A stretch of DNA of 53,538 nucleotides, counting the filler, from Bipalium vagum (lineage: Eukaryota): the NCBI GenBank assembly GCA_037834085.1. It is 3 parts of 3 records of this genome, joined end to end, with 100 filler letters (N's around TTAATTAATTAA, not from the genome) between each part and the next. Parts side by side here need not be neighbours in the genome. Positions count along the whole stretch, not along the records: positions 36,076 to 53,538 come from JBBMKC010064354.1; 2 more parts are not named here. One strand, 5' to 3'. Positions 50,191-53,538 of this stretch are shown here, piece by piece (the first letter of the stretch is position 1; each line of letters starts with the position of its first letter). The notes beneath the pieces are model-generated. The model had not been told where the DNA came from, ran no database searches, and saw only the letters and a program-made list of their open reading frames with translations. The position numbers were made by a program, and so were the translations under genes.

Positions 50191-51564
50191 TCAATATTTT
50201 TATAAAATACGAAAAAAGATAAAAATTATATTGATCTATCTATAAGATAATCACCACATGCATCATGTATCTAATATCGCGTATCAAATCAAATTTCATG
50301 GGAAAAAACTTATAAATAAGGAGACATGGCTTCACTTCACCCCTTCGCAATTAAGCAGAACCAGTAGAGTCTGAAACCATTCAATAAATTACGCCAATGC
50401 AGAAGAATTTAGAGTTTTATGATCAATTTTCATAATATTGATGAACAAAAACTTTTCGAATCATTATTAACAAAAGATCGATAAGCAAGGAAAAGAAAAA
50501 ACCAATAGATCATCAAAATGTTCTCTAATTAATTAAAAAAATAAAAAATCGAAATAAACCAATTAAAATTGAGCAAATATTTAAATTAAAAATATCCAAT
50601 TAAAAAATGTATCAGTCAGTCCAGAAGATGTTTAATGTTTTAATGGTCAAGTTTTCCAAAGCCTAAATAATAAAAAATAAATTTTTTCGCTATTCCATTT
50701 AATTATTTATATTTATTATTTGAGATTTCATTCAATTTGATGAAGAAACGATTTCCCGTTCTCACCTATTTTCCAGACACATTTTTGTTGATAAAAGTGA
50801 AAGAGAGTCTGCGTTGTTGTTTTAATTAATCGGAAAAAATGAAGACAGCACGAACGAAGAAAGCGTCAGAATTTTATTTATTTCTATAGAACCAAATAAA
50901 CGTTCAACAATTGAGTCGCCCCCACAGTGCAAGGGTTCCGCTGACATTGCCTCACGACTGCTAATAATAATAATAAATTCTAGTTATATTTAATAAAATT
51001 TCCAATTAAGTCTTTCTGTAGTGAGGAAATTTTATATAATTGAAGGTTTAATTAACCAATTATTAATTATCGAAAAAATTACTGACACAATTAAAACAAG
51101 AAAAGTAATTTTTCCACAATTTCCACCGGTGTAGCTGTTTGTTCGTCTCGGTTTCGTTGAACTTAATCACATTAATAAATTTTTAATTAAAAAGGCAATA
51201 TTTTCAAACCAAACGGTTACATTCCCGAGATTTATCTATCTGTCTTCCTTGAATTTTTACCATGAAATAAATTACGTCTTGCCCCCTCGGAAAAGGAAAC
51301 CTTGATTTCCATCTGTCAGAAAATAAAAGATTTGTGAGTGAGTCGAATTTTTAATCTTTCTTTCGTTTTAATACTCCTTTTCCCATATTGAGTTTTCAGG
51401 GGAAAAAATGATTGGAAAAAAATAGTTTCCCCTTTGGTTTGGATTATTGATTTTCCCGTTATTAATATAATGAAAAAATATATTAAAAATTCCCAAAAAC
51501 AAAATATTTATCCAATTTAATATGCAACATTAAATATGATCAATTTAAATTGTTTTAATTTACA

Positions 51565-51711
51565 NNNNNNNNNNNNNNNNNNNNNNNNNNNNNNNNNNNN
51601 NNNNNNNNNNNNNNNNNNNNNNNNNNNNNNNNNNNNNNNNNNNNNNNNNNNNNNNNNNNNNNNNNNNNNNNNNNNNNNNNNNNNNNNNNNNNNNNNNNNN
51701 NNNNNNNNNNN
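51565..51711. other. Sized assembly gap (147 N)
   Basis: Plain N run without linker. Confidence 0.98.
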
Positions 51712-53538
51712 ATTAATATTCCGTCCAGAATTAATATTTCTTTGTATAGGGTAGAAAAGGAAAAATAATCAATGTCCGTAGTAAAAATGATGGATTATGA
51801 AAATCGAGCCCACTTTTGTCGATTGAGTTGATTCTTATTCAATACTTTTTAATTGTTCCTCGGTGGATTAGGGGACATTCTCACTTTTCCTCGACTTTTT
51901 TATAATCTGAAAAATTTGTGAAAAACAAATGAAATCGAAACGACCGATGGTTTTTTTGAATAATTGAAATAATTAAAAAATAATTATTTTAAAATTTTTT
52001 AATGCAAAATAACCGAAATTTTTTGAGAATTATTCCTAATTTTTACATTTCATCTTCAAAGATATTTTTATTTTTCAGAATTTATTTTTAATTATTCATA
52101 AATATTGATTAGTTCGTTTTATTAATAATAAAACTGAAAAATATAAATAATCATTGTAATTAATTAAAACAAATTTTTTTAGTAATTTTAATTATAACAA
52201 AATAAATTTATTTATTTACAAAATTTTTTAAATGATTATTTTGTTTCAATTCTAAAATTATACTTTTTATGTAATTGGAAATAAGTAAAAGGAGTAATCT
52301 TGTTATACTAGCGACTTTCTGCATTGACAACTTAAATCCTTCTCAAAAATCCGAGAAATATTTTTTCTAACCCATTAAAACAAAAAATGCAAATCGTTTA
52401 TTATAACTTTATGTAATATTAATAATCCAGGAAAATGAGTATAATAATTCGATTTTTTACAGTGTAATGACACTCATTCCCAAATCTATTATTTTACAAT
52501 GTTTTCCATTCAAAGTTATTATCGTTCTCAATATCAAAAGAACGAAGATAAGAGATTATTGTTCAAAATATATATAATAAAATTAATCCCAGTAGAATAT
52601 TCCTTGATCTTTAATACCTTTAGATATTAGAAACCTTTGAATCTGTATTCGATTTACATTTTATCTGCATCAAAAGGTGGTTTATGTGACAGTTGGCCGA
52701 GTGATTGTTCTGATATTTACAGTCACAATTATTTTCTTATTTGATTTTTTTTTATTATTATCATAAAATAAAGTAACGTAAAAATTCCTCACATAAAATA
52801 ATAAAATTTATATTTTTATATTATATATTCATTTAAATTTCTTGAACCATAATTGATTTACAATTTGTTTACAATATTAAAATTAATATTTTGATTTTAT
52901 CTCCCCCGCTTAAGTGATTCAATTATTTTATTATAAAATGATTTTTTAATTTTTTTATTACTTAATAATAATATATAAATTTTGTATAATTTTGATAATT
53001 ATTATTTCTATTTCTGTAATATATTTCTGCCACAGATCGTTTAATTTTGCAATATTTTCAAATATTTTTCAACAAATATAACAGCCAATCAAATTGCAGT
53101 AAAGGGGCTTCAATATGATTGGTCAAATCATTCTATTTGAAATTATTATTTATTTGAATTTTAATTAATTTTAAGTTTTTATAATAAAATTATCAGCGTT
53201 TAATTTTATTTGATGATTTTAAATCAGTGGATTAGTTTAAAGATTAACTGTAAACTCATATTAGAAAAACCATAGAAAACCAAAGGAAAATCCCTGTAAA
53301 AGTATATTCATCAATAATCTTTCGACTTTTTTTCTTGGTATCAAATAATTTATCAAAAACGTAATATAAGAAATGAATTCTGTTACCCATGACAAATAAA
53401 TTAAGAAATAAATAAAATATTTTCACTATTTTGAAAAGTATTTGTGGTTATATTTATAAAGTCCATAAAAATAACTGGTCGACCAATGTGAAAATAATAT
53501 ATTATATTAATAATATTTATGAATTTATTAATATAGAT

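Noticed and set aside
51536-51754. 72-aa ORF
   Set aside because: Spans an N gap; artefact.
1-53538. CRISPR arrays, rRNA/tRNA/snRNA genes, alternative genetic code
   Set aside because: No repeat-spacer array or recognisable RNA gene seen. SPT5 (TAA), VPS4 (TGA) and the TM gene (TAA) translate and end normally under the standard code.

Overview
Very AT-rich eukaryotic (animal) genomic scaffold. The 45-60 bp introns, the mariner load and the RLE-type LINEs resemble a triclad flatworm, but that assignment is inference only. Three host genes lie in the first 13 kb, all on +. They are a divergent SPT5 (2 exons, 951 aa; the ORF track misses exon 1), a complete 6-exon VPS4 (444 aa) and an intronless 4-TM TMEM179-like gene. 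The remaining ~40 kb is mostly decayed transposons: about 15 mariner relics, Tc1/maT/rosa-type relics, a Tigger/pogo deletion derivative, RT fragments, two 3' ends of RLE (NeSL/R2-group) non-LTR retrotransposons, and two scrambled Polinton/Maverick relics (one at the window start). A few non-repeat islands with strong TF motifs lie among them (RFX X-boxes, TCF, Su(H)). Two 100-bp N44-TTAATTAATTAA-N44 spacers are assembly artefacts, so synteny across them is not guaranteed. I see no convincing new multi-gene system. The best novelty candidate is the SPT5 that keeps NGN and all KOW domains but has lost its phosphorylatable C-terminal repeats. All homology calls are by-eye motif recognition; no searches were run.
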